DNA from: an uncultured bacterium
GTDB lineage: Bacteria > Patescibacteriota > JACMRA01
Assembly: GCA_963784355.1 (NCBI GenBank)
Contig: CAWAQU010000012.1
Location: 1 to 64,000 of the forward strand
Reading direction: 5' to 3'
Length of the DNA: 64,000 nt
The notes beneath the pieces are model-generated. The model was not told the origin of the DNA and searched no databases. It was given only the letters and a program-made list of their open reading frames with translations. This document shows positions 39,417 to 49,358 of the stretch, piece by piece (within the stretch, counting starts at the first letter, position 1; the number at the start of each line of letters is the position of its first letter). Both the position numbers and the translations under genes were made by a program.

Positions 39417-41483
39417 ATGGACAGACTATTTTACCCTACTTCGGTTGCAATTATAGGTGCTTCAAATACATCCGGAAAAATCGGGAATATAATTCTGAAA
39501 AATATTATCGAAAGTGGCTATAAAGGCAAAATTTGGCCTATTAATCCAAAACATTCTGAGGTCTTAGGGTATGAATCCCACTCTTCCGTGTTTTTATTAA
39601 AAGAAATCCCTGATTTAGTAATTGTGGCTATAAAAGCTGAAGAAATCCTAGCGGTGATTGATGATCTTGGGAAATTAAAAATTAAACTAGCGGATGGCAG
39701 TCAGCTACAACAAACTTATGTGGTAGTAATCTCGGCCGGATTTTCTGAATTTGGTAAGGGTGGCTTGGAATTGGAGCAAAAGCTGATGCTTCTCTGTAAA
39801 AAGTATAGTATCGAACTTGTAGGTCCTAATTGTCTTGGTTTGATGAGCTTGGGAAAAAGTGAATATAGTTTTAATGGTACTTTTGACTTTGCGCCTAAGT
39901 TTAGAGGTAATGTAGCATTAGTATCACAATCAGGCGCTTTAATTTCCGTATTATTAGAGAATGCAGATTACTTTGGCTTTGGCTTTAGTAAAGTAATTAG
40001 TTTAGGGAATAAAGCCGGCATAAATGAGACTGAACTTTTAGAATATTTGGACAGTGATCCTGAAACAGAAGTAATTGGAATGTATTTAGAGTCCTTTAAG
40101 AATGGAAAAGAATTTTATAAACAACTAAATAGTTGCAGAAAGCCTGTAATTATTTTAAAACCGGGCAAAACCGAAGCTTCAAAAAAAGCAGCCTCTTCAC
40201 ATACGGGTGCAATTGCCGGAAATAGTAAAGTAACTTCAGCCTTTTTATCAGAAGCGGGAGCTATTGAAGTAACAAATTTGGAGGAAATGATTGATTGCCT
40301 AAATCTATTTTCAAAGTATAAAAGCGTAGACTCCGACCTTGTTTCTGTAGTCACAAATGCAGGGGGTGTGGGTGTTATGACTTTAGATGCATTAGAAAAT
40401 ACAGATTTGAAAATTACAAAACTACAAACTTTATCACAGACTAAACTTGCTGAAATATTACCCGGGGCCTCGAGCAAGATAAATCCGATTGATTTGTTGG
40501 GTGATGCCGGTGCAGGTAGATATGAAAATGTACTGGAAACGTTGTTAACTGATATACAGCCTGATTCTTTAATTGTAATTTTAACTCCCCAAGTAAATAC
40601 AGAAATTTTGGAAACAGCTAAGGTGTTGGTAGATTTTGCAGACAAATTTAAAAATACTGTGATTTTGCCTGTATTTGCAGGCCGTGAAAGGCTGGGTGAG
40701 GCGCATGATTTATTTAAACAGCACAACCTACCTTATTTTCAAACACCAGAAAGAGCGGTGAAAGCTTTGAATTATTTATATAAATATAGCCAGAGTCTTT
40801 TGCGAAAACGAACTAAATTGAAAGATATTGAACCAGTTACAATGCAATCTTTGCCCTTAGATACTTTTACCAGTAGTATTTCGGAATTTGAAAATGTAAT
40901 GAAATTAGCAAAAAAATACAGTATAAATGTCCCAAAATATATAAATCTAAAAGACTCCAAACATGAAGAAATTTTTGATTTACTTGGTAGTCCGGTTGTA
41001 CTAAAATGTGTAAATGGAGACATTCTGCACCGTACGGAAAACAATATGGTTAGAGTAGGGGTAGATAGTATAGCACAAATTCAAGATTTTGTCCAAGCTC
41101 ATCAAGGTCTCGAAATAATTGCTCAAGAAAGTGTTGAAAAAGGAATCGAGGTATTTTGTGGTATTCAAAATGATGTTGATTTTGGTCTTGTTATGGTCTT
41201 AGGTAGTGGGGGAATATATGCTGAGGCTATAGATGATTTTGCGATGGGTCCTTTACCAAAAAGCAAGGAAGAGGTCTTGAAAATACTTCAAAAAACTAAA
41301 GTATACAAAATTTTAAATGGTTTTAGGGGTAGTCAATTTGCTTTAGACGAGTTATTGAAATGTCTATTAAGTTTGGCTGAGTTAGCTCGTACTTTGCCGG
41401 TAGATTTTAAATCAATTGATATAAATCCTTGTATCGTTACAAAAAATGACTACATGATTGTAGATTTCAAAATACAGGTTTAA
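39417..41483 (+). CDS. Acetate--CoA ligase (ADP-forming) family, fused alpha/beta
   Basis: LFYP.SVAIIGAS, ISAGFSE, GPNCLG, SQSGA, SHTGAIAG, TNAGG.G, NPIDLLGDA, DINP. Confidence 0.9.
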   Translation: MDRLFYPTSVAIIGASNTSGKIGNIILKNIIESGYKGKIWPINPKHSEVLGYESHSSVFLLKEIPDLVIVAIKAEEILAVIDDLGKLKIKLADGSQLQQTYVVVISAGFSEFGKGGLELEQKLMLLCKKYSIELVGPNCLGLMSLGKSEYSFNGTFDFAPKFRGNVALVSQSGALISVLLENADYFGFGFSKVISLGNKAGINETELLEYLDSDPETEVIGMYLESFKNGKEFYKQLNSCRKPVIILKPGKTEASKKAASSHTGAIAGNSKVTSAFLSEAGAIEVTNLEEMIDCLNLFSKYKSVDSDLVSVVTNAGGVGVMTLDALENTDLKITKLQTLSQTKLAEILPGASSKINPIDLLGDAGAGRYENVLETLLTDIQPDSLIVILTPQVNTEILETAKVLVDFADKFKNTVILPVFAGRERLGEAHDLFKQHNLPYFQTPERAVKALNYLYKYSQSLLRKRTKLKDIEPVTMQSLPLDTFTSSISEFENVMKLAKKYSINVPKYINLKDSKHEEIFDLLGSPVVLKCVNGDILHRTENNMVRVGVDSIAQIQDFVQAHQGLEIIAQESVEKGIEVFCGIQNDVDFGLVMVLGSGGIYAEAIDDFAMGPLPKSKEEVLKILQKTKVYKILNGFRGSQFALDELLKCLLSLAELARTLPVDFKSIDINPCIVTKNDYMIVDFKIQV

Positions 41484-41527
41484 AACTCTAGCTAAGCTAA
41501 AGTGTTCATTTAGAGAGGTTAAAACAT

Positions 41528-42283
41528 TTAGTTTAAATATAACGCTGAGAGCAAATTTTCTGTAAATCTTGTTGAGTCATCAAATTCAGGATATCTGGAA
41601 GCTTGGTTGTATATTTTAATCAAATAGTAGCTATCTTCAGTAACTGTGGCGTAATAAACGATATCTTCTGAGTTATCTTTAGATTGAATTTTAGTTACTT
41701 TGATTTCTTTCGGTAAATTGATATCTCTAGATTTTATTTCAAATTGATCACCCAGCTTGGAAACAATTAGATTTTCGTATGCTTCCTTGTCTAATTTATT
41801 ATCGTATTCAGTTGTGGAAACTTCAAGACCACTTTGTAGGGTTTGTCCGGCTTTTGTGTTATTAGTTAAAAGACTTGTGGTGACAGCTTGTTTTTCTGGG
41901 ATAATTTCAAAACTACCGCTTTTTCTGCCAAGGGCAAAGTTACTTGGGGTGGCTTGATTGAGAACTAGGCTAAATCCTTCTGCAGATATAATATTTTGAG
42001 CTGAATTAACATCTTGAGCCCCGGCTACACTTTGATTTTTTAGGCTGGAGATTTGTTTTTCATTTTCTTTATTTTGAATTAGTGTGTATGTACCAAGGCC
42101 TACTAAACTAAGCATCAATACGAATATTATAACCCAAGATTTGTTTCCTCGTCTATAATTTGGTTGAGAAGTGTGCAAAGTTTGTTTTAAATCATTTTCT
42201 TTTTTAGAAACGTAATCTTCAAAGCTCTCTCTAGCGCTAAGAGTCTTACTGAAGTCAAAATCTGAGGAGCTGTTTTCCGACAT
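41528..42283 (-). CDS. Single-TM hypothetical protein
   Basis: 251 aa, one TM, VAGA linker. Confidence 0.7.
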   Translation of the reverse strand: MSENSSSDFDFSKTLSARESFEDYVSKKENDLKQTLHTSQPNYRRGNKSWVIIFVLMLSLVGLGTYTLIQNKENEKQISSLKNQSVAGAQDVNSAQNIISAEGFSLVLNQATPSNFALGRKSGSFEIIPEKQAVTTSLLTNNTKAGQTLQSGLEVSTTEYDNKLDKEAYENLIVSKLGDQFEIKSRDINLPKEIKVTKIQSKDNSEDIVYYATVTEDSYYLIKIYNQASRYPEFDDSTRFTENLLSALYLN

Positions 42284-42445
42284 AGTTTCAATTGGTTATA
42301 GCATTAACTTACCAGGTAATACGGTTTTTGTCAATTTGTTGAGAAGGCAGCGTTGGATGCAATTTTAGTTTTATTTTTAATAGTGTTTAGCTTACTACAG
42401 CAGTGTTTGTCATTTAACTTTTAAACTGTATTTCTACTAAATATG

Positions 42446-43468
42446 CTATAGCTCCATTTGGGCTTGAGTCAGTTTACCAACCCAGGCGATTTGCTCACCG
42501 GAAGCTATTGCCCCAATTCCGTACTTACCTATAAAAATAAGATTGTCGGGACTTACAATGTCTTCAAATAAATTATCATTAGGTCTGTATACCTCTCCAT
42601 ATTTTTGCCCTGTTTGCCATGTGTCGCCAACATCGGTTTGCCATATTAAGTATCCAGCTTTAACAGCTGTTAAATGAAAACAGTTTTTAGCAGGGAGTTT
42701 ATAATAGTTATCTTCAACATTTTGTATATTTCCCCAAATAAAATTTAGCCAATTATGTAAATATTCCAATTTTTCTTCCAATTCGATTTGCTCAATTTGC
42801 CCGTGGATACTAGCTTCCCAGGTACAGACTTTTGGAACGTCACTTTCATCCAAATTTTTCATAAATGCTATACTATGTGCTTCATCAAAAGCTCCAGCTG
42901 CATCGTCATATTCAGTTATAACATGTATTTTAGCTTGTAAGTGATTAAAAACTTGGCTTTGACCCGGAAAAGTAAAAAGATGATTTATTGTTTCAATGCC
43001 GGTGGTATGTATATCTATAACATAATCCGCTTCCGAGGACAGAAGCATTAGAGCTGAGGATAGTTTTTGCTCTATACTTAGGTTTACATTATTCAGTTGT
43101 GTTTGATAATACTCTTCTCTTTCTTTTTTCGATTTAAAATTTTCTGTTGTGTTAAAAATTCTGTTCCAGTTTGTGCCGTTCTGTTTATTCCATCTGCCAT
43201 CCATGCTATTGTAAGTGGTTTGCTGTACTCCGATCGGATTGGCACAGGGGACTATAGTTAATTTTCCCGTAAATTCAGTGTTGCCCAGTTGAAGTTTTTG
43301 CATTAGTTTGCCAAGTAAGGCTGTACCAAAAATTTCCGGTCCATGTAAATTAGCCTGCAGGTATATATTTGGACCAGGTTTTTCAGAGTCAAACACATAA
43401 CTACTTATTGATAAATAATCACCTGTGGCAAGTTGTTGGATTTTGTGATTGTTGCTAGTAAAAGTCAT
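42446..43468 (-). CDS. Succinylglutamate desuccinylase/aspartoacylase (M14) family hydrolase
   Basis: QANLHGPE, VPCANPIG, NWNR.F, VIDIH. Confidence 0.85.
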   Translation of the reverse strand: MTFTSNNHKIQQLATGDYLSISSYVFDSEKPGPNIYLQANLHGPEIFGTALLGKLMQKLQLGNTEFTGKLTIVPCANPIGVQQTTYNSMDGRWNKQNGTNWNRIFNTTENFKSKKEREEYYQTQLNNVNLSIEQKLSSALMLLSSEADYVIDIHTTGIETINHLFTFPGQSQVFNHLQAKIHVITEYDDAAGAFDEAHSIAFMKNLDESDVPKVCTWEASIHGQIEQIELEEKLEYLHNWLNFIWGNIQNVEDNYYKLPAKNCFHLTAVKAGYLIWQTDVGDTWQTGQKYGEVYRPNDNLFEDIVSPDNLIFIGKYGIGAIASGEQIAWVGKLTQAQMEL

Positions 43469-43473
43469 ACAAA

Positions 43474-44235
43474 CTAATTAATTTTTTTGGGATACACCAT
43501 TAAATGACATCCTGATTGATTTTTTATATTTGTAAAGCCCTGATCGGCTAAATGGCAATTTTTATGGTCTGTACAACCTAGACATCTACTATCACAAGAT
43601 AAATTCTGCAGCTCTTGAGTCCAGTCTTGTCTTCTAAATCCGGTATTCAATAAGGCTAGTTGGGATCTAAGACTTCTAGTTGTTGCTATAATTTCACCAT
43701 TTGGATCATTTTGTTGGATTTGCGCAATAATAGCTTTGAGAGCTTGAGTGGCAAAAGAAGTGCGAGTATTGGTAAGGTAGGAATTTATAGGGAATACCAA
43801 AGATTTGCTGGGTGTTTTTTTAGTTCGATCAACTGTAACGGCCGGATTGGTTATTACCCCTCCTACTTCGTAGACCACTTGGCCTCTTAAATTTTTGCCT
43901 AGCTCACTGTACATACATGATGACAAAAAATCTAATTGCCCATTTTCATTCCTACCTAATATAATTATCATTCTGCCTTTTTCAAGGGCATCTTTTAATT
44001 CATTAGTAGTTTTAGGTAAAATATAATTTCCCAGCTCATAGGATTGTTGAATCACATCAGAAATTTGGCCTAAAACAGGATAAACTTCATTCCACTGAGG
44101 ATTTTTTTGTAGATAACTCCAACCGTTAATAACATTGTTTTCAGGTTGAGGTTGAAAATTAAGTTTCCTTCGGACTTGCGGCAAAGGTGATATATTTCTT
44201 GGCTTAAATTGTTGCTCCAACATATTTTTTTTCAT
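43474..44235 (-). CDS. Hypothetical protein, possibly GNAT-like, with C-terminal Cys cluster
   Basis: ILPKTTNEL, VYEVGGVITNP, LL.TGF, CDSRCLGC...C. Confidence 0.5.
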   Translation of the reverse strand: MKKNMLEQQFKPRNISPLPQVRRKLNFQPQPENNVINGWSYLQKNPQWNEVYPVLGQISDVIQQSYELGNYILPKTTNELKDALEKGRMIIILGRNENGQLDFLSSCMYSELGKNLRGQVVYEVGGVITNPAVTVDRTKKTPSKSLVFPINSYLTNTRTSFATQALKAIIAQIQQNDPNGEIIATTRSLRSQLALLNTGFRRQDWTQELQNLSCDSRCLGCTDHKNCHLADQGFTNIKNQSGCHLMVYPKKIN

Positions 44236-44346
44236 TAAATTTATATAATCTCTAATTCTACATATTTCCTTTAAGTTAGCAAAATTCCCTGTCTTCTAGA
44301 CAAAAATGAGTAAATTGTGTATGAAATGTTACAAATCGTAAATATT

Positions 44347-44989
44347 ATGCTTTCAGTTAGTGACGCGGTGCGTCAAATTTTAAAAAACCAACCTTTTGTG
44401 GAAGATCTTTGCAAAAAGGAATTTTAAATCTATCTCAATATGCTATTCAAATTCAAAAGCAGGTAGAAGATATTACTTTTAAGCCTGTCACTCAAGGGTC
44501 CATTGTCACGGCACTTTCTAGAATTCAGGGAGAAATACACACTAAATTTGATATTGATTTTAAAGTAAATGATTTGTCACTCAAATTCCCTTTATCTGAG
44601 GTAGTTTTTCCGATACATCCGTCAGCTACTTTTAAAACAGGAGAGGTATATAAAAATTTTAGTAAATTCCAAAATCACTTTTTAAATATCATAGCAGGAA
44701 ATACAGAGATTACGGTATTTGTAAACAGTAGGTATGAGCAGGATCTAATTAAATTATTTGGGCCGCTGGAGCCTATTAAAATCATGAAGACTTTGCCGGA
44801 GTAAGTTTGAAATTCTCCGAGGAATATTTTGAAGTGCGAGGTATTACTTATGAGGTTCTAAAATCCCTAGTTTGGGAGGGGATTAATTTGACCGAAATCA
44901 TATCTACTTACACTGAAATCACACTTATAATCGGACGTAAAGATGCTAATAGGGCTTTTGAGGTACTGTCAGAGAAGTTTTTGGTTTAG
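44347..44989 (+). pseudogene. ACT-domain regulator-like protein broken by two single-base frameshifts
   Basis: ATG 44347 MLSVSDAVRQIL; GILNLSQYA..SIVTALSR; GINLTEIISTYTEITLII; frame breaks at ~44407 and ~44790. Confidence 0.6.
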
Positions 44990-45907
44990 TTTTAAATCTA
45001 ATTTTACTCTGAATCAATCTTTTGCACAAATTTCACTAGGCTTTTTACGCTTTGCCCAGTGGCACCACTGACACCCAAATTATTTTTGCTTTCATTGTAG
45101 GCTGAGCCGGCTATATCCATATGAGCCCATTTGAAACATTTTGGATTCTCAATTTTAATCTCAGGGTTTCTAAATAGGCTTTGGTCCACGAAATGGCTTA
45201 AAAATAAGCCCGCAGTTACATGACCTGAACTTATTGGTGACTTGGAAGTATTAACCAGATCACTGTTACTGCCTTGTACATACTCTCTCAACATTTCCGG
45301 CATATGCACTAAAATTGTAGGTTCATTTTCCTCTACAAAAGTATCATGCAATTTTTGGCAGAGTTCTGTATCATTGCCCATTAAGGCTGTAAAGTAAGCG
45401 GATAAAGCCATAATACAAGCACCTGTCAATGTAGCGGCGTCAATAATATAGTCAGGATTTAATAAAGTAGCATAAGTTAAAGCGTCGGCCAGAGTCAATC
45501 TGCCTTCTGCATCAGTATTGTAAACTTCGATAGTTTGACCCGAATAAGAGGTAATAATATCATCAGCTTTATAACTGCTCTCGCTTATCATGTTTTCGGC
45601 AAAAGCTGAGATCCAGTGCACCTGAGTATTTTTTAACCCTAGTTCACTCAAAATTTTAATTACGCCAAACATGGTGGCAGAACCAGCCATATCAGTTTTC
45701 ATGGTCCTCATATGCCCGGCAACTTTAATATCTAAGCCTCCCGAATCGTAAGTTAGCCCTTTACCAATCAAACAAATTGTATGTTTAATTTCTCCTTCAG
45801 GTTTCAAAGTTACATGTACAAGCGTTGGTTTAAAACGGCTAGCTCTACCTACAAAAGTAATTCCTTTCATCCCCATCTTTTCCAGTTCATCATACTGGAT
45901 CTGTTTA

Positions 45908-46772
45908 GAACCTGTTTGAATACTTTCTAAAATTAATCTGTAATAAGTCAGTATGGCTTATCCATCTGATTTAACTCAAGCAGAGTACGAGGAAATAAAA
46001 CACTATCTACCTGATAAAAAATGTACTAAACCTCTAAAATGGACAAAACATCAAATTATCAATGGAATGATGTATGTCTTGGTTTCCGGGTGTCAGTGGA
46101 GGATGCTCCCTAAAGATATGCCGCCTTGGGAAACAGTATATTACTATTTTAATACATGGAAGAAAGCAGGAGTAATAGACCTGATTTTAAAAAAATCTGG
46201 TAAAAAAGTATCGTCTATTGCTGGGAAAAGAACCTTTACCGACAAAGGGTATTATTGATTCCCAGAGTGTTAAAAATACTGATTGTGCATGTAAAAAGCA
46301 GAAAGGTTATGACGGAGGTAAGAAAGTAGGAGGAATCAAAAGACATTTAGTAACTGATACTAATGGTCTGCCTTTGGACATTGTCATTACTCCTGCTAAT
46401 GAAAGTGAACGAGATGTTTGTTTTCAAATTCTGTTAAACCAAGAAGAGCTGCTTGTCAGACTTGAGGAAATATATGCAGACAGCGGTTACAAAGGAGAAA
46501 GGTTTGAATTTGAAATATATCAGGATACGGGAGTGATAATTACTGTAGTTCCAAGAAGACAGAATACTAAGACAAGTTTTGCTGTAGTACCAAAAAGATG
46601 GGTTGTGGAAAGATCCTTTTCCTGGCTGGATAAATGCCATAGGTTATGGAAAAATACTGAGAGGATGATAAATACAAGTAAAGCAATGATTCAACTATGT
46701 TTCGTTAGATTATTGGCAAGGAGACTTGGAAATTGGGGAGTTTAGTGATGGGTAGAGATTTCAAACAGGTTC
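45908..46772 (+). mobile_element. IS5-family insertion sequence (865 bp), 3-bp TTA target duplication
   Basis: Terminal inverted repeats GAACCTGTTTGAA / TTCAAACAGGTTC; TTA at 45905-45907 and 46773-46775. Confidence 0.92.
45953..46745 (+). CDS. IS5-family transposase in two ORFs joined by a +1 shift at an A7 run (46189-46195)
   Basis: YPSDLT, GCQWRMLPKD.PPW.TVYYYF..W; IIDSQSVK, GYDGGKK..G.KRH, ADSGY, RWVVERSFSWL. Confidence 0.9.
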
Positions 46773-47500
46773 TTAATTGCTATATTATTTTTTGTAGCCA
46801 ACTCTTTTTTGATAATTTCCGGCATGGTTTGGGGATTTATATTTTCCGGCGTGTCGTTTACAAGCTCTCTAGTTAGATTTAAACCTTCATTGAAAATCAA
46901 AATTTTTTTCTTTAGTTCAGAGTCCAAAAAAGTGGCAATTTCTTGGTCAAAGCTTATTTCAAGGTCGGACTTATTAGTGTCCTCTTTTAAAAATTTATCA
47001 AATTTATAGCTGGCTTGTAAAAATCCTAAGACAAAATCTTCAAAAAATTTATTTGTATCAATATTTTCTAGTGGTGGTTGATTTTTAATATTTATACTTT
47101 TTTCTTTGAAATCGCCCAATTTTTTATATAGAGTAGCTCCTAGTTGTATTGGATTTATTTTGAAAAAGGGATCAAAATTGGTAGTTGTAGACTTTAATTC
47201 AGTACCAATATAAATTTCTTTTGACTCCGGTAAAATGCAGACTTGTTTATATTTTGCTGCAAAACTCAAACTTTCCAGTAAAATTTTCTTGGAACTTTGA
47301 TCTAATGTGCTTTTATTTAGAAAATAAACTTGAAATGATTTGGGCTGAGATAAGAAATTGATTACTGGCATAGATTTGAATATTTAAATGCGAAAAAAAC
47401 CAAGCTTTGTCAAAGTAATTTGATTTTACAGATGTTTAATATCTAAATTTTTATATGGTGATATGTTGACAATGGCAATATTCTGAGTCATGATTAGAGT

Positions 47501-48964
47501 ATGCAGAAATTTTTGAATTTCTTAAAAAAGCTACTAGGGAAAAAAGTGACAAAAAGAGTAAGACCACTTGGACATGGTATAAAAAGTTGGCTATCAGCAG
47601 CGTATTTTGGCTTTCCGGGAAAAAAAATAACTTTAATCGGTATAACCGGAACAAAAGGTAAAACTACAACCACGATTTTGACAGGGAGATTAATGAATTT
47701 GGCCGGAGTTAAAACGGGCTATATCTCCACAGGTACAATAAATACATCAGGAGAGATATCTAAGGAATTTTTGAATCCCTATAAAATGACGACTTTGGAC
47801 GGATTTGTTTTGCAGAAATATCTAAGTGAGATCGTAAAAAACGGTTGCAATTATGCGGTACTTGAAATGTCTAGTCTCGGGCTTGAGCAAAATAGACATT
47901 GGGGTATGGGTAAGTTTGATGTAACCATGCTTACCAATCTGTACCCCGAACATCTAGAAGCACATGGGGGAATAGAAAATTACAAAAATGCTAAGGGAAT
48001 TCTCTTCCAAAATTTAAAAGAAGGCGGCTTGTTTATTGGAAATTACGAAAAAAAACAAGATGAACTTTCAGAATTTATGTGGAATAAGGTACCTGAAAAT
48101 ATTAGGTCTTATTGCAAGAAAATAGAAATAGTACCGGAAAAAAGTTTTAAAATCATTGATGAGGAAAATACTCTCTACAAGACATTAATTTACAACGACA
48201 AAAAATATTTCACTGATTTTATTGCCGGTTTTGATTTGCAAAATCTTTTTTTTGCTATACAAACTGTAGAATCATTTAAGCCCCAATTTTCAAGTGAATT
48301 ACAAAATATTTTATCTAAACTACGAAGCCAAATCCCCGGAAGGATGGAGTTTGTAGTGAAGGACGGACAAATTGTTTTTAACAAATCTTTGGTATTGGCT
48401 TCAGGTTCACAGTCCCCAATTTCAATTTTGGTTGATTATGCTCATGAGCCTGAAAGTTTGCAAAAACTTATGGAGACTTTACTTGAGTGGAAAACTAAGA
48501 AATACTTTGATAAAATTATACATATATTATCCTCCGATGGTGCTGGTAGAGATGACTGGAAAAAACCAGTTATGGGTTCTATAAGCTATAGATATGCCGA
48601 TTTTTCTATAATTACCACAGATAATTATGATATGGAGGATAAGCCACAGGAAATTTTAGATTTGCTTACTAAGGATCTTCCAGTTGAAAAGATGGTAACC
48701 AAAGATTTGTTGCTCGAAAACTTAAGTAGCAAAAAATTTTTAAAACAGACTAATCGAAAAAAAGCTTTTGAAATGGGATTAACCTTAGCCAAGATAATTT
48801 TTGGTACCAAAGATACACCAGAAACTTTATCCGATGAAAAAAAACGCATTTTAATTGTATCTACTGGCGTCGGTTCCGAACAAGGACTTACCCAGCCGGA
48901 GGGAAAATTGGAATGGGATGAGAGAGATGTTTGGATTGAGGAATACAACAAATTTGCGGCTTAA
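47501..48964 (+). CDS. murE: Mur ligase, MurE-like
   Basis: IGITGTKGKTTT, LEMSS.GL.Q.R, TNL.PEHLE.HG, PGRME, VDYAHEP. Confidence 0.85.
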   Translation: MQKFLNFLKKLLGKKVTKRVRPLGHGIKSWLSAAYFGFPGKKITLIGITGTKGKTTTTILTGRLMNLAGVKTGYISTGTINTSGEISKEFLNPYKMTTLDGFVLQKYLSEIVKNGCNYAVLEMSSLGLEQNRHWGMGKFDVTMLTNLYPEHLEAHGGIENYKNAKGILFQNLKEGGLFIGNYEKKQDELSEFMWNKVPENIRSYCKKIEIVPEKSFKIIDEENTLYKTLIYNDKKYFTDFIAGFDLQNLFFAIQTVESFKPQFSSELQNILSKLRSQIPGRMEFVVKDGQIVFNKSLVLASGSQSPISILVDYAHEPESLQKLMETLLEWKTKKYFDKIIHILSSDGAGRDDWKKPVMGSISYRYADFSIITTDNYDMEDKPQEILDLLTKDLPVEKMVTKDLLLENLSSKKFLKQTNRKKAFEMGLTLAKIIFGTKDTPETLSDEKKRILIVSTGVGSEQGLTQPEGKLEWDERDVWIEEYNKFAA

Positions 48965-49080
48965 TTAGTATAATGGCTTAGATCTTAGCTTTACAATTTT
49001 TGAATTTTCTTTTATGATTCCCTCGAAGTAAACTTAAGCACTAACTAAGACAAAATAGATAAATTAAGTTAATAGTAAAT

Positions 49081-49156
49081 GCCAGCATAGCTCAGTTGGT
49101 AGAGCGAGTCACTCGTAACGACTAGGCCGCAGGTTCGATCCCTGTTGCTGGCTCCA
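49081..49156 (+). tRNA. tRNA-Thr(CGT)
   Basis: GCCAGCA/TGCTGGC acceptor stem, CTCGTAA loop, GGTTCGATCC, CCA. Confidence 0.9.
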
Positions 49157-49358
49157 GCGGAGACTATTATTGACAGGTTATTTTTTTTGAATTTCCCTAC
49201 CGAGATAAAAACTGAACAATACAAAGGAACTCAAAATCGAATTAAATCAAACTTTTTACTATTATTTATATTATCCCCATTTCACTTAATGGAGCTTATT
49301 TTTATATATCTTAATTTTTAAAAGGGGTTTTATTCCCCTATCTTTCTACATATTTATT

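Larger units (their letters stand above)
45004..47371 (-). pseudogene. pepA: M17 leucyl aminopeptidase interrupted by an IS5-family element
   Basis: GKGLTYDSGG, MKTDMAG, NTDAEGRL.LAD, WAHMDIAG in the 3' part; LTRELVNDTPENINP in the 5' part; removing the IS and one TTA restores ...NNIAIKQIQYDELEKMGM... Confidence 0.9.

Noticed and set aside
40115-41044. Minus-strand ORFs of 203 and 90 aa
   Set aside because: Antisense to the well-supported acetate-CoA ligase gene
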